A stretch of 64,000 bases of DNA from an uncultured bacterium (lineage in GTDB: Bacteria > Zhuqueibacterota > QNDG01 > JAGLOF01), in NCBI GenBank assembly GCA_964621645.1, contig CAZUMH010000006.1, forward strand, positions 5,173 to 69,172, written 5' to 3'. The position numbers and the translations under genes are program-made. Positions 47,118 to 57,152 of this stretch are shown piece after piece (the stretch's first letter is position 1; each line of letters starts with the position of its first letter). The notes beneath the pieces were generated by a model, which saw only the letters and a program-made list of their open reading frames with translations, did not search any database and was not told the origin of the DNA.

Positions 47118-47812
47118 GATTCCGCCTTCTGATCCTGCTCCCTATTCCAGGGCCGGCCCGCCAGTTCATCGGCCCGGGTCAGCTGATCCAGCAGGATTCT
47201 CTCGAGCCTGGCCGCTTCTTTTTCCATCACATCGTGGGAATCATCCCGGGAGAGGCGGACAGGCGATCCCAGGAATGCGAAGACTTTTGTAAAGGGCGCC
47301 GGGAGAAGGTAGCGGTCCCAGGCTTTCATGACGAGACCGCGGCGGACGGAGAAAGTGAAGGGAACGATTACGGCATTCAGTTTTTTTGCCAGGAAGAGAA
47401 CACCGGGTTTGACGCGGTAGAGCGGGCCCCGGGGGCCGTCCACGGCGATAATGCTGTCTGATCCTTCCTGCATGTATTTCACCATTCCGATGAGGGCGCG
47501 TACCGGTGACTTGGCGCTGCTGCCAAAGCTGATCCTGAAGCCGAATCGCTGCAGAATGGCGGCCTGCAGGCGACCGTCCTGACTCAGCGAGGACATGACG
47601 CAGATGTTTTTCCGGCCAAACAAGCGGTAGACCATAAATTGGCGGCCGTGCATCAGGGCGTAGACGATCCTGGTCCCCTGGCTCCGCAGTCTCTCGATCT
47701 CTTCACCGCCCTCGATCCGCAAGCGAAGAGTCCGGGAGTAGATCCGTATCGCCGCTGCGCCCAGGGAGGGATAGATATGGGTGTAGATCCACTCTTTAAG
47801 CGAGGCGTTCAT
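47114..47812 (-). CDS. DUF374 / lysophospholipid acyltransferase family protein
   Basis: MHGR, SSLSQDG, FGSS and IAVDGPRGP. Confidence 0.85.
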   Translation of the reverse strand: MNASLKEWIYTHIYPSLGAAAIRIYSRTLRLRIEGGEEIERLRSQGTRIVYALMHGRQFMVYRLFGRKNICVMSSLSQDGRLQAAILQRFGFRISFGSSAKSPVRALIGMVKYMQEGSDSIIAVDGPRGPLYRVKPGVLFLAKKLNAVIVPFTFSVRRGLVMKAWDRYLLPAPFTKVFAFLGSPVRLSRDDSHDVMEKEAARLERILLDQLTRADELAGRPWNREQDQKAES

Positions 47813-47837
47813 GGTTCTCCATTATTATCACCCGCTA

Positions 47838-47866
47838 AATGTAGGACTATCAGAAAGAAATGTCAA
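47838..47866 (-). promoter_or_regulatory. Candidate sigma70 promoter for DUF374-dusB
   Basis: Minus strand TTGACA-N17-TACATT. Confidence 0.6.
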
Positions 47867-48029
47867 CAGGAAAAGAGACGGGATATACATGTCTGTTTAC
47901 ATCTATTCCGAAAATGTGAAAATGAAGGGAAGAGAGCCCTGATCCCTCGTTTATCCCCTTGACTTTTATATATGATTTTTCGATATTAACAAACGATTCA
48001 GAAGCCGAAGAAAATACGACGGGAGACAG

Positions 48030-48578
48030 GTGGCCTTAATCAGAGAACCCGACGCGGTAAAACCCGTCTGCGCGGTTACTTTCTCGCAAGATGTGGCTCT
48101 CGAGGAGGTTCTGTCCCGACTGGAAGAGGTAATGGGCCATCACCAACGCCGTTCCAGTGTCTTTAATTTTTCCTTTACCTCCTACTATAGCCGGGAGATG
48201 GGAGATTCCCTTCAAAAAATTTTCTGCAGTTTCCATCGTTTAATTTCTCCCGCGGATCTGGCTGCATTGAAAGTCGCTACAAACGCTCTGGAGGAAACCT
48301 GGGCCAGGGCGGGTCGGCGCCGGGTGAATCTCGACCCCGGGTATATTGCCAAATCGAAGCTGGTGGTCGCCTCGGCCAAGAATTTTGCCCACCGTATCTA
48401 TATGAGTCAGGGGATCTACGGCGATTTACAGCTGCAGTTCCGGGAGAACAGGTATCATCCGGAGTTCTGGACTTTTCCTGACTATCAGACGGAAGAGGCC
48501 CTGGATTTCTTCAAACAGGTACGCAATGACCTGATCAGGCAAGATGAAAAGAGAGGGAATGAAGAAGATAAGCTATAA
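48030..48578 (+). CDS. DUF4416 family protein
   Basis: GTG start after GGGAG; RRVNLDPGYI, KLVVASAKNFAHRIY and WTFPDY. Confidence 0.85.
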   Translation: MALIREPDAVKPVCAVTFSQDVALEEVLSRLEEVMGHHQRRSSVFNFSFTSYYSREMGDSLQKIFCSFHRLISPADLAALKVATNALEETWARAGRRRVNLDPGYIAKSKLVVASAKNFAHRIYMSQGIYGDLQLQFRENRYHPEFWTFPDYQTEEALDFFKQVRNDLIRQDEKRGNEEDKL

Positions 48579-49569
48579 AGAAGCCGGTGTCGATATCGAT
48601 GCGGGAAAAGAGGCGGTGACAAGAATCAAGACACTGGCGCGGCAAACATTCGGTCCCGAGGTCATTACCGACCTGGGAAAGTTCGGCGGTTTCTTCGCCC
48701 TGGATACGAAAGCATACAAAGATCCCGTGCTGGTCTCATCCGTGGATGGAGTGGGGACGAAACTGAAAGTGGCCTTTCTCTGCGGAGTGCATGATACGGT
48801 GGGTGAGGATCTGGTCAACCATTGTGTCAACGATATCCTGGTGGGGGGCGCCCGGCCTCTGTTCTTCCTGGATTACATCGGCATCGGGCATCTGCAGCCG
48901 GAGGTGATCGAGGAGATCGTGAGGGGAATGGCCCGGGGCTGCCGTCAGGCAGGCTGTGCTCTCATCGGCGGCGAGATGGCCGAGATGCCGGGATTCTATC
49001 AGTCCGGGGAGTACGATCTGGTCGGGTCCATCACCGGTCTGGTAGAGCGGGATAAGGTGATTACCGGGGAGAACATCCATCAAGGCGATGTCCTGGTGGC
49101 CCTGCCGTCCAGCGGCTTGCACACCAACGGCTACTCCCTGGCCCGCAAGGTCCTTTTCGAACAGGCCGGATACCGGGTGAACACCCGGCTGGCCGATCTG
49201 GAAAAGCCTCTGGGCGAGGAATTGCTGCGGGTGCATCGCTGCTACCTGCCGGCGGTGCTCCCCCTTTTGGAAGTATTTGACATCCGCGGAATGTCTCATA
49301 TTACCGGCGGCGGCATCGAGGGCAACACCAGCCGGATCCTGCCCGAAGGGACCGGTCTGCGCATCGACTGGCGGAGCTGGGAGATTCCACCGCTTTTCCG
49401 GATCATCCAGCGGGAAGGCGGCGTGCCGGATGATGAAATGCGGCGGGCGTTCAACCTCGGAGTCGGGTTTGTCTTTATTATAGCTCCGGCGGAGGCGAAT
49501 TTCTTTCTCGATCAGTTGAAAGAAAAGGGCGAGACGCCCTTTTTAATCGGAGAAGTCATCCATTCTTGA
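48559..49569 (+). CDS. purM: Phosphoribosylformylglycinamidine cyclo-ligase (AIR synthetase)
   Basis: SYKEAGVDI, DGVGTK, VNDIL, GGEMAEMPG, SSGLHTNGYSL, HITGGG and FNLGVG. Confidence 0.97.
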   Translation: MKKISYKEAGVDIDAGKEAVTRIKTLARQTFGPEVITDLGKFGGFFALDTKAYKDPVLVSSVDGVGTKLKVAFLCGVHDTVGEDLVNHCVNDILVGGARPLFFLDYIGIGHLQPEVIEEIVRGMARGCRQAGCALIGGEMAEMPGFYQSGEYDLVGSITGLVERDKVITGENIHQGDVLVALPSSGLHTNGYSLARKVLFEQAGYRVNTRLADLEKPLGEELLRVHRCYLPAVLPLLEVFDIRGMSHITGGGIEGNTSRILPEGTGLRIDWRSWEIPPLFRIIQREGGVPDDEMRRAFNLGVGFVFIIAPAEANFFLDQLKEKGETPFLIGEVIHS

Positions 49570-49584
49570 AAGGATACAGGGACT

Positions 49585-50211
49585 ATGATTTTTATTGTCC
49601 TCATAGTACTTGCCAGCTATCTTGCGGGTTCCATTCCCACGGCGATCATCGCCTCACGTCTGATCATCAAGGATGACATACGCAACCACGGCAGCGGCAA
49701 TGCCGGAGCGACTAATGTCTTCCGCGTTCTGGGCTGGAAACCCGCTCTTGTCGTTTTTCTCGTCGACGCAGGCAAGGGAGCAGCGGCAGTGCTGCTTTTC
49801 AGCCGTATCGGAACGGTCCCTCTGTCACCGGTTCAGATACAGATTCTGGCGGGGCTGGCTGCCATCGCTGGTCATATCTGGACCATCTTCGCCGGATTTA
49901 AAGGCGGCAAAGGGGTGGGAACCGCTTTTGGGGTCCTGGTCTCGCTGGCCCCGCTGGCCTCAATTATCACCCTGGTCTTCTGGATTCTGGTCCTGCTCAT
50001 CTCCAGGATCGTCTCCCTGGCCTCCTTGACGGCCTGTCTGCTTTTCCCGATCATCTTGCTCATTCAGAAATATTGTTTCACCCCCGGCCTGCCCCGGGAA
50101 TTGCTGGCTTTGGCCTTTTTACTGGCCCTGCTTATCATTGTGACGCACCGCTCCAACATCAAACGGCTGCTGAAAGGGGAGGAGCCTGCTTTCGGTAAAG
50201 GGGAAAAGTGA
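49585..50211 (+). CDS. plsY: Glycerol-3-phosphate acyltransferase PlsY
   Basis: YLAGSIP, GSGNAGATNVFR, GHIW, FKGGKGV and HRSNIKRL. Confidence 0.96.
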   Translation: MIFIVLIVLASYLAGSIPTAIIASRLIIKDDIRNHGSGNAGATNVFRVLGWKPALVVFLVDAGKGAAAVLLFSRIGTVPLSPVQIQILAGLAAIAGHIWTIFAGFKGGKGVGTAFGVLVSLAPLASIITLVFWILVLLISRIVSLASLTACLLFPIILLIQKYCFTPGLPRELLALAFLLALLIIVTHRSNIKRLLKGEEPAFGKGEK

Positions 50212-50272
50212 TCGCTTCGGCAGCCTGAAGCGCCGCTGTCGGCATAAAAAGGTTTTGGCAATTACAAAAACA

Positions 50273-51319
50273 ATGACGGAAGAAGAGAAAAAACCTAAAA
50301 AGATCGGCGTTCTTGGCGGAGGCAGCTGGGGCACGGCGCTGGCGGTACTGCTGGCGGGAAACGGCCATGCCGTGACCGTCGGGGAAATTAACCACGATAT
50401 TGTTTCCCGGGTCACTGCCACCAGAGAGAATCCCGATTTTTTGCCCGGAGTGAAAATTTCGCCCCAGATAGAGTTCAGCGGCCGGCTGGAAGCTGCGGCG
50501 GAGGGCAAAGATATGATTTTTATCGTGGTCCCCTCCCAGGCAGTGAGGCCGGTTGTCAGCAAGATTAAAGAATGGGTTACTCCACAAACCATTCTGGTAA
50601 GCTGCAGCAAGGGTATCGAGAGCGGCACCCTGCTGCGCATGTCCCAGGTGATCGGTGAAACGGTTTCCACGGTCAACGAGGATATGATCGCGGTGCTTTC
50701 GGGACCCAGCCATGCCGAAGAGGTGGGACGGGGCATGCCGACGGTAGTAACGGTTGCCTCCACCAGTCCGGACACAGCGGAGCTGGTGCAGGAGACATGT
50801 ATGAATCCTGCCTTCCGGGTGTACAGCAGCCGGGATGTTGCCGGTGTGGAGCTGGGGGGAGCGCTGAAAAATATCATCGCCCTGGCCGCCGGCATCGTGG
50901 ACGGATTGGGGTACGGCGACAACACCAAGGCCGCCCTGATGACGCGGGGGATTGTGGAGATGACAAGGCTGGGAACGGCCATGGGAGCCGACCCTCAGAC
51001 CTTCGCGGGACTGTCGGGCATCGGCGACTTGATCGTCACCTGCATGAGCCGGCACAGCCGCAACAGACATTTAGGCGAGCTTATCGGCAAGGGGAAATCT
51101 CTTGACGACGCGCTTGCCTCCATGGTGCAGGTGGCAGAGGGAGTGACAACGGCGGTATCCGCTTATACGCTTTCCAGAAAATTCAGAGTCTCGATGCCGA
51201 TCACAGCGGAAGTCAACCGGGTTCTCTACGACAGCAAGCCGGCGCGACAGGCCATCCGTGATTTAATGACCAGAGATGCCAAGGAGGAGGATTGGGGAGC
51301 ACCGCAAGAGGTGGATTAA
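50273..51319 (+). CDS. gpsA: NAD(P)H-dependent glycerol-3-phosphate dehydrogenase
   Basis: VLGGGSWGTALA, SKGIE, LSGPSHA, ALKNIIA, GIGDLIVTC, SRNR and AEGV. Confidence 0.97.
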   Translation: MTEEEKKPKKIGVLGGGSWGTALAVLLAGNGHAVTVGEINHDIVSRVTATRENPDFLPGVKISPQIEFSGRLEAAAEGKDMIFIVVPSQAVRPVVSKIKEWVTPQTILVSCSKGIESGTLLRMSQVIGETVSTVNEDMIAVLSGPSHAEEVGRGMPTVVTVASTSPDTAELVQETCMNPAFRVYSSRDVAGVELGGALKNIIALAAGIVDGLGYGDNTKAALMTRGIVEMTRLGTAMGADPQTFAGLSGIGDLIVTCMSRHSRNRHLGELIGKGKSLDDALASMVQVAEGVTTAVSAYTLSRKFRVSMPITAEVNRVLYDSKPARQAIRDLMTRDAKEEDWGAPQEVD

Positions 51320-51375
51320 CGATAGGATGAGAGGAACTTTGCAAGAACTAATTAAGCAGCAGAAAAGGAGTATGG

Positions 51376-52668
51376 ATGAAACGGGTGTACATATCTGATA
51401 TCGCCGCCTATGAAGGCAAGGAAATCACGCTGAAAGGATGGTTGTATAACAAGCGGTCCAGCGGCAAACTCTGGTTTCTCCTGGTCCGGGACGGAACAGG
51501 CCTGATTCAGGGTGTCGTCTCCCAGGCCGATGTGGATGAAGATTCTTTTGAGGGTTGTGCTGATCTGACCCAGGAATCCTCCCTGGAAATAACCGGTACG
51601 GTGAGCCCTGATAAACGAGCCCCCGGCGGCTTCGAACTGCAGGTAACCCATGTGAAACCTGTCCAGATCGCCCAGGATTATCCCATTTCTCCCAAAGAGC
51701 ACGGTACTGCTTTTCTGATGGACCATCGCCATCTCTGGCTGCGTTCAGCCCGCCAGACGGCGATTCTCAAGGTCCGCCACGAGATCATCAAGGCCTGCCG
51801 CGATTACTTCGACAGCAACGGGTTTACTCTGGTGGATACGCCCATCTTCACCCCGGCCGCCTGTGAAGGCACCACCACCCTTTTCGAGACGGATTATTTC
51901 GGCGAGAAAGCCTATCTTACCCAGAGCGGACAGCTCTACAGTGAAGCTTCCATCGGGGCCCTGGGAAAGGTCTACTGTTTCGGCCCCACCTTCAGGGCCG
52001 AAAAATCCAAGACGCGCCGACATCTCACCGAGTTCTGGATGGTGGAGCCGGAGGTAGCCTTCGCTGACCTTGACGACAACATGGGTCTGGCCGAAGATTT
52101 TATTTCTTTCGTCGTCGGCCGGGTGCTGACCAACCGCCGGGCGGAACTGGAGAAACTGGAGCGCGATCCCGCTCCGCTGGAACGGGTGGTACCGCCCTTT
52201 CCCCGAATCACCTATGACGAAGCGGTTCAGATCCTGCGGAACCATAAGGTGGCATTTAAAGACGGTGATGATTTCGGCGGCGGAGACGAGACCGTTATCT
52301 CGGAACAGTTCGACCGTCCGGTCATGGTGCATCGCTATCCGGCTGCGGTCAAGGCCTTTTATATGAAACGAGATCCCCAGGATGACAGCAAGGCTCTGGG
52401 AGTGGATGTATTGGCTCCGGAAGGATACGGCGAGATCATCGGGGGCGGCCAGCGGGAAGACGACTATGATGTCCTGGTGTCCCGCATCAAGGAACACGGC
52501 CTGCCCCCGGAAGCCTTCGACTGGTATCTGGATCTGCGGCGGTATGGGACCATGCCCCATTCCGGATTCGGCATGGGGATCGAGCGCACTGTGGCCTGGA
52601 TCTGTAAACTTCCGCATGTGCGCGAGACCATCCCCTTTCCGCGGCTGATGCACCGCCTTACTCCCTGA
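51376..52668 (+). CDS. asnS: Asparagine--tRNA ligase
   Basis: OB-fold start [48 protein letters not shown] and GFGMGIER. Confidence 0.97.
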   Translation: MKRVYISDIAAYEGKEITLKGWLYNKRSSGKLWFLLVRDGTGLIQGVVSQADVDEDSFEGCADLTQESSLEITGTVSPDKRAPGGFELQVTHVKPVQIAQDYPISPKEHGTAFLMDHRHLWLRSARQTAILKVRHEIIKACRDYFDSNGFTLVDTPIFTPAACEGTTTLFETDYFGEKAYLTQSGQLYSEASIGALGKVYCFGPTFRAEKSKTRRHLTEFWMVEPEVAFADLDDNMGLAEDFISFVVGRVLTNRRAELEKLERDPAPLERVVPPFPRITYDEAVQILRNHKVAFKDGDDFGGGDETVISEQFDRPVMVHRYPAAVKAFYMKRDPQDDSKALGVDVLAPEGYGEIIGGGQREDDYDVLVSRIKEHGLPPEAFDWYLDLRRYGTMPHSGFGMGIERTVAWICKLPHVRETIPFPRLMHRLTP

Positions 52669-52689
52669 GAAGATGAAGCGGATGATCCA

Positions 52690-53205
52690 TTGCAAAAAAA
52701 TGAGAGTTGTTCCATGTCCCTTGCGAGTGGACCGGGAAGAATCCAGATCGCGGTGATCGGCGGGCGGGAAGCCGATCCGCGGCTGCTCCGCTTTGCCGAA
52801 GAGGTTGGGCAGCTGCTGGCCCGCAGGGGAGCGGTTTTGATCTGCGGCGGCATGAGCGGCATCATGGAGGCCGCCTGCCGCGGGGCCGGAGAAGCCGGCG
52901 GAACCACCGTGGGAATCCTCCCGGGGGAGCGGGCAGATGAGGGGAATCCCTATCTCGACATCGTTCTTCCCACCGGCTTGGGATTGGCCCGCAACGTACT
53001 GGTGGTGCGTGCCGCGGATGGGGTGATCGCGGTGGGCGGCAGGTACGGCACCCTTTCCGAGATCGCCTGCGCCGCGCAATTGGGGATCCCGCTGGTCCTG
53101 CTGGAAAGCTGGCACGTGGATGACAGCATCCCCACGGCCGCCACCCCGGAAGAGGCGGTGCAGCTGCTCTTCTCACTGCTGCCGCCCTCAGCAGGGGAGA
53201 AATAA
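52690..53205 (+). CDS. TIGR00725 family protein (LOG/DprA-like Rossmann fold); possible start at 52714
   Basis: IAVIGG, CGGMSGIMEAACRGA, GILPG, PTGLGLARN and GTLSEI. Confidence 0.88.
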   Translation: MQKNESCSMSLASGPGRIQIAVIGGREADPRLLRFAEEVGQLLARRGAVLICGGMSGIMEAACRGAGEAGGTTVGILPGERADEGNPYLDIVLPTGLGLARNVLVVRAADGVIAVGGRYGTLSEIACAAQLGIPLVLLESWHVDDSIPTAATPEEAVQLLFSLLPPSAGEK

Positions 53206-53210
53206 AGAGT

Positions 53211-53492
53211 ATGAGCGGCCAGGCCAGAGCCCATGTTATCGTATCCGGTATGGTGCAGGGTGTGGGCTACCGTTACTTCGTCAAGCGCGCGGCCGCAAAG
53301 TACGGTCTCACCGGGTGGGTGAAAAACCTGCCCCATGGTGAAGTGGAACTGGAAGCGGAAGGTGAGAGGGGCCGGGTCGAAGCGCTCCTGGCCGAGCTTT
53401 GGACCGGGAGCAGCTATGCCAGCGTACGGAATATAGAGACCGCGTGGCTGCCGCCCAGCGGCACATGGCAGAATTTTGATATCGTATTTTAA
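53211..53492 (+). CDS. acyP: Acylphosphatase
   Basis: SGMVQGVGYR and GWVKNLPHGEVE. Confidence 0.95.
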   Translation: MSGQARAHVIVSGMVQGVGYRYFVKRAAAKYGLTGWVKNLPHGEVELEAEGERGRVEALLAELWTGSSYASVRNIETAWLPPSGTWQNFDIVF

Positions 53493-53508
53493 CCGTTACC
53501 GGAGGCAT

Positions 53509-54030
53509 ATGGATCTCAGAGAATATATTCGCACCATCCCGGACTTTCCGAAAAAAGGGATACGCTTCAAGGATATCACCACCCTATGCCGGGACAGGGA
53601 CGCATTCAAGGAGGCCGTCTCTCTCATGTGTGACCCCTTCCGGGATGCTGAAATCGATGCGGTGGTGGGTATCGAGTCACGAGGATTCATTTTCGGAGCG
53701 GCGATGGCGCTGGAGCTGGGTTCCGCATTTGTGCCCATCCGCAAACCGGGAAAACTTCCCGGTGAAACCTTCAGCTGCAGTTATGAACTGGAATACGGCA
53801 GTGACAGTATCGAGATCCACTGTGACGGATTGCAGCCGGAGCAGCGGGTGCTGCTGGTGGATGATCTGCTGGCCACGGGCGGAACCATGAAAGCAGCGGC
53901 CGAACTGGTGCATAAATGCGGCGCCGAGGTCGTCTCCGCTGTATTTTTAATTGAACTTTCCTTTCTTTCCGGGCGTGAAAGACTGGATGGGATGCCCATC
54001 CACGTTCTGATAAGCTACGATAAAGAGTGA
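53509..54030 (+). CDS. apt: Adenine phosphoribosyltransferase
   Basis: IPDFPKKGIRFKDIT, ESRGF, RKPGKLP, LEYG and LVDDLLATGGT; GGAGG Shine-Dalgarno. Confidence 0.97.
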   Translation: MDLREYIRTIPDFPKKGIRFKDITTLCRDRDAFKEAVSLMCDPFRDAEIDAVVGIESRGFIFGAAMALELGSAFVPIRKPGKLPGETFSCSYELEYGSDSIEIHCDGLQPEQRVLLVDDLLATGGTMKAAAELVHKCGAEVVSAVFLIELSFLSGRERLDGMPIHVLISYDKE

Positions 54031-54095
54031 AAGAACGAACCCGGGCACGTAAAAGTGCCGGTCCAATCCATCTTCCTTTATGGGAGGTATGTGAA

Positions 54096-54848
54096 ATGAG
54101 CATGAGAAAATACATAAGCCTTTCCATCATTGCCTTGACGCTGCTTCTGACCGCCGCGGCATCAGGACAGAATGTGATTACCCTGCAGGCAAATTTTTGG
54201 CAGGCAGGCCCGAGCCTGAAAGGAGAGGGATTCGAAGGGATTACAGTCGATGCCTCTCCAACAGTGGGACCGTTCCTGGAAGTACGTTTGGGGCGTCTGA
54301 TGCTGGGGTCATCCATCTATTTCGGCAGGCATGACTGGCATTTCAATGAAACATCCGAGACCATGTCCATGCGACGCAACGATTTTCATTTCCGGCTGGG
54401 CTACGGCTTCTCCCCTCAGGTATACGCCTTCGCCGCCGTAAAATGGCTGCGTTTCTACGGGACGGCGCCGGAACTGACCCTCTATGATGAGTTCGATACT
54501 CCGTTTACGGGAGAGTACCAGCTGGACTACGGCGGAACCCTGGCGGGCGGCGGGCTGACGGCCATGATGAACTTTCCGGATTCCCCCATATTTCTGCACT
54601 GGATGGCCATGTATCTGGGCGGCACCGTGAACATGAAGACAACCGTCACCGAGCCTGGATTCGCTTCCGTGGAGACCAATGACAAGATTCAGGACGGCAT
54701 TACAGAGATCGAGATCGCCCTGGGATACAGACTGGAATCGGGACTGCGGTTTATGGCCGGGTATCGGGCCGCTTTTTCCGGACAGGTCAGGGGAGAGGAG
54801 AGTGTGCAGGGAATCTTTGCCTCGGTTGGATTCTCGGCGGGTGAGTGA
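54096..54848 (+). CDS. Hypothetical outer-membrane beta-barrel protein
   Basis: GGAGG Shine-Dalgarno and signal peptide (MSMRKYISLSIIALTLLLTAAASGQ); about 10 amphipathic strands; ends ASVGFSAGE. Confidence 0.65.
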   Translation: MSMRKYISLSIIALTLLLTAAASGQNVITLQANFWQAGPSLKGEGFEGITVDASPTVGPFLEVRLGRLMLGSSIYFGRHDWHFNETSETMSMRRNDFHFRLGYGFSPQVYAFAAVKWLRFYGTAPELTLYDEFDTPFTGEYQLDYGGTLAGGGLTAMMNFPDSPIFLHWMAMYLGGTVNMKTTVTEPGFASVETNDKIQDGITEIEIALGYRLESGLRFMAGYRAAFSGQVRGEESVQGIFASVGFSAGE

Positions 54849-55169
54849 GCTCAATTGGAGAATCCGCTCAACCAGACGTTCGGCGAATCACTGCAATAAA
54901 ACGCGGAGGATCAGCACGGACACGCTTCTCTGATATCCGGAAGACAGGCGAGGGCTGCCGCTTGCAATAATGAAGCGAGGATACGACCGGAGGCGGCAGT
55001 CTGGGAAAGGGTGCTGTCCCGGCAATAATTATTAGTATCATAGAATTGCCCGATGAGTTGATTCTCCCGGGGAACTCCCAAGGCGGGGCCGGGGGCGATT
55101 CTGAAGCTGAGGAAGGTTCGCAGAAGTCCTGTCTCGCAGTGCCGTATTCGTGCAGCGGAAGGAGGGATA

Positions 55170-55976
55170 ATGAATTATGCGTATCCAGTCATGAGAAAAA
55201 AGGCCGTCACTTTCCGCGTGTCCTGCCTCATCCTGATGCTGCTCGGGGCCGCAGGCCCGGTCTTGGCTCAGGAGGACGCTCTGCAACTGGAGCTGACGGT
55301 ACCCTGCTCTCGCTGGAATTCAACTCAGGGATTTCTGGAAAACGGCGGCGCCTCATACGCTCCCAGTATACTGCCCCGGATTACAGTGGTGAAGAGAAAG
55401 ATATTTCTGGGCGCGGAGATGCATCTCGGATCATATCGCACCGATTTTGGAACTTACAACGATACATTTACCGGCTCTGATGACAAAGAGTATCTGCATA
55501 AGTATGAAGATCTCTCACTCCCGGTGGTTCGGCGGGATATCGGGTTCTTCCTGGGAATCCAAACATCCAGGAATATCACCTGGGCTCTTGTCTATAAAGG
55601 CATCCATGTCAGGGCAGATGAATCACATCCCTATACAATGTATGAGTTTAATGAAACATCAGGAGGATGGCACGAGATCGGTCAGGCCGATGGCAGTCCG
55701 GATTTTCGTGAGTCCTGGGATTATATGGGAGTGGGCTGTTTCTTCATTCTGCCGATCTACTTCCACCGCTTCAGCCTGAGCGGGCAGCTGCGCTACTACC
55801 TCTGGTCCGGAAAGGAGCAGCACAACATCATCCAGGGAGAAGCCCTTTTCAATTTTCCTTTGGCCGGATCCCTTTCTTTCGCGGTAGGGGGCGGATTCGA
55901 AATGGTCACCAGTTCAGAGCTGTTGGGCTCGATCTGGTCGGTGACCGGCGGCCTGAAATACCGCATTCCGTTGTGA
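55170..55976 (+). CDS. Hypothetical outer-membrane beta-barrel protein
   Basis: GGAGG Shine-Dalgarno; signal peptide ending VLA-Q; strands ending VTGGLKYRIPL. Confidence 0.65.
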   Translation: MNYAYPVMRKKAVTFRVSCLILMLLGAAGPVLAQEDALQLELTVPCSRWNSTQGFLENGGASYAPSILPRITVVKRKIFLGAEMHLGSYRTDFGTYNDTFTGSDDKEYLHKYEDLSLPVVRRDIGFFLGIQTSRNITWALVYKGIHVRADESHPYTMYEFNETSGGWHEIGQADGSPDFRESWDYMGVGCFFILPIYFHRFSLSGQLRYYLWSGKEQHNIIQGEALFNFPLAGSLSFAVGGGFEMVTSSELLGSIWSVTGGLKYRIPL

Positions 55977-56048
55977 CCGCAGTGAAAAATCTCTTGATTT
56001 TTTCCCAAAAACAATTAAGTTAATACAACACCACCCAAACGTCATAAC

Positions 56049-56121
56049 GCGAATGTAGCTCAGTTGGTAGAGCGCCAGCTTCCCAAGCTGGATGTCGCGG
56101 GTTCGAATCCCGTCATTCGCT
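56049..56121 (+). tRNA. tRNA-Gly(CCC); CCA not encoded
   Basis: GCGAATG/CATTCGC acceptor stem, CCAGC-TTCCCAA-GCTGG anticodon arm, GGTTCGAATCC T arm and U73 discriminator. Confidence 0.96.
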
Positions 56122-56163
56122 CTTATTTTTTTGCACGAATTTAATAAGAAGAAGGAGAATGAC

Positions 56164-57078
56164 ATGAAGTGCAATCATTATATGAAGGTGGGCGGCTGGA
56201 TAATCTTGATTCTCATCCTGCCGGTCCTGGTCTCCGGTCAGGAATACAGTCAGCAGATCGAACAGAACGGAAAAGTCAACTGGACGCGGCACATGATCAC
56301 CTGCACCGGGATCGGCGCGCCCAATCCCAATCTGCCCATGGCCGCTCAGAGAGCGGCGGCCCTGCGGGTAGCCAAGCAGGATGCCCTCCGCAACATACTG
56401 GAAACCGTGAAGGGAATTCAGCTGACGTCCGAAACGACCGTTGAAAACGCTCTGCTCGTCAGTGATGTGATCACTACCAGAGTGGAGGGAGCCCTGCGCG
56501 GTTTTCGGGTGGTGGACACACGCTATATGTCCAGCGGTGATGTGGAGATCGACGTGGAAATCCCACTGACAGGCATCGTCATGGACGCTCTGCTGCCCGA
56601 TAATTTCGGCGGCGGCACCCTGATGACGGGAGGCCAGCTGCTCTGCCCCACCTGCGGTCAGCCCTGGCCCGAGGGCAAGAGCGTTCCCCCCGGAGTCACC
56701 CTGATTCAGGCCGGAAGCGGAAATGCTTCCCGGGGAGGTGTTTACACGGGTCTGATCATTGACGCCCGGGGTCTGGGAATGCGGCCGGCCATGGCGCCGA
56801 AAATTCTAGATCAGGACGGTGATGAGGTATACGGCACCCGGTTCGTGAGCCGGGAATACGCAGTGGATATCGGCATGGTGGGCTATGACAAGGATGTGAA
56901 CCAGGCCCGGATTAATGAACGGGTTACTGACAATCCCCTCATAGTTAAAGCCGTAGATGCCAGCGGTCCTAATAAGACCGACGCGGTCATCTCAGACGCC
57001 GACGCCCACATGATCCATAACGCGGCTGCCAATTTAAACTTTTTAAAGCATTGTAAGGTGATGTTCATTCTGGATTAA
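56164..57078 (+). CDS. LPP20-family-like exported protein
   Basis: AGGAG Shine-Dalgarno; GKVNWT...GIGAP...ALRVAKQDALRNILETV...TVEN and YTGLIIDARGLG.RPAMAP.ILD pattern; internal CPTCG. Confidence 0.7.
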   Translation: MKCNHYMKVGGWIILILILPVLVSGQEYSQQIEQNGKVNWTRHMITCTGIGAPNPNLPMAAQRAAALRVAKQDALRNILETVKGIQLTSETTVENALLVSDVITTRVEGALRGFRVVDTRYMSSGDVEIDVEIPLTGIVMDALLPDNFGGGTLMTGGQLLCPTCGQPWPEGKSVPPGVTLIQAGSGNASRGGVYTGLIIDARGLGMRPAMAPKILDQDGDEVYGTRFVSREYAVDIGMVGYDKDVNQARINERVTDNPLIVKAVDASGPNKTDAVISDADAHMIHNAAANLNFLKHCKVMFILD

Positions 57079-57152
57079 CTAAGGTCGAGCGTGCTCCGGT
57101 GTGTCCGGAACGCGCTCTTTTTGTCTTCATCCACAGTTCAAGGAGGATTCTT

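Noticed and set aside
51745-53115. 456-aa antisense ORF (and similar long shadow ORFs at 50119-51070, 43332-44108, 32821-33636 and 13246-13929)
   Set aside because: They lie opposite well-supported genes, have no recognisable motifs, and are typical of GC-rich codon bias.
55024-55042. Fur-box-like AT-rich stretch within a GGCAAT/ATTGCC inverted repeat
   Set aside because: Only about 12 of 19 matches to the consensus, which is expected by chance in an AT-rich patch.
55060-55168. TPP-riboswitch-like fragments (GCTGAG ... GCAGCGGAAGGGAG) upstream of the 55170 barrel gene
   Set aside because: The conserved ACCUGAU and UAAUGC core elements are missing; the 3' match is largely the Shine-Dalgarno sequence.
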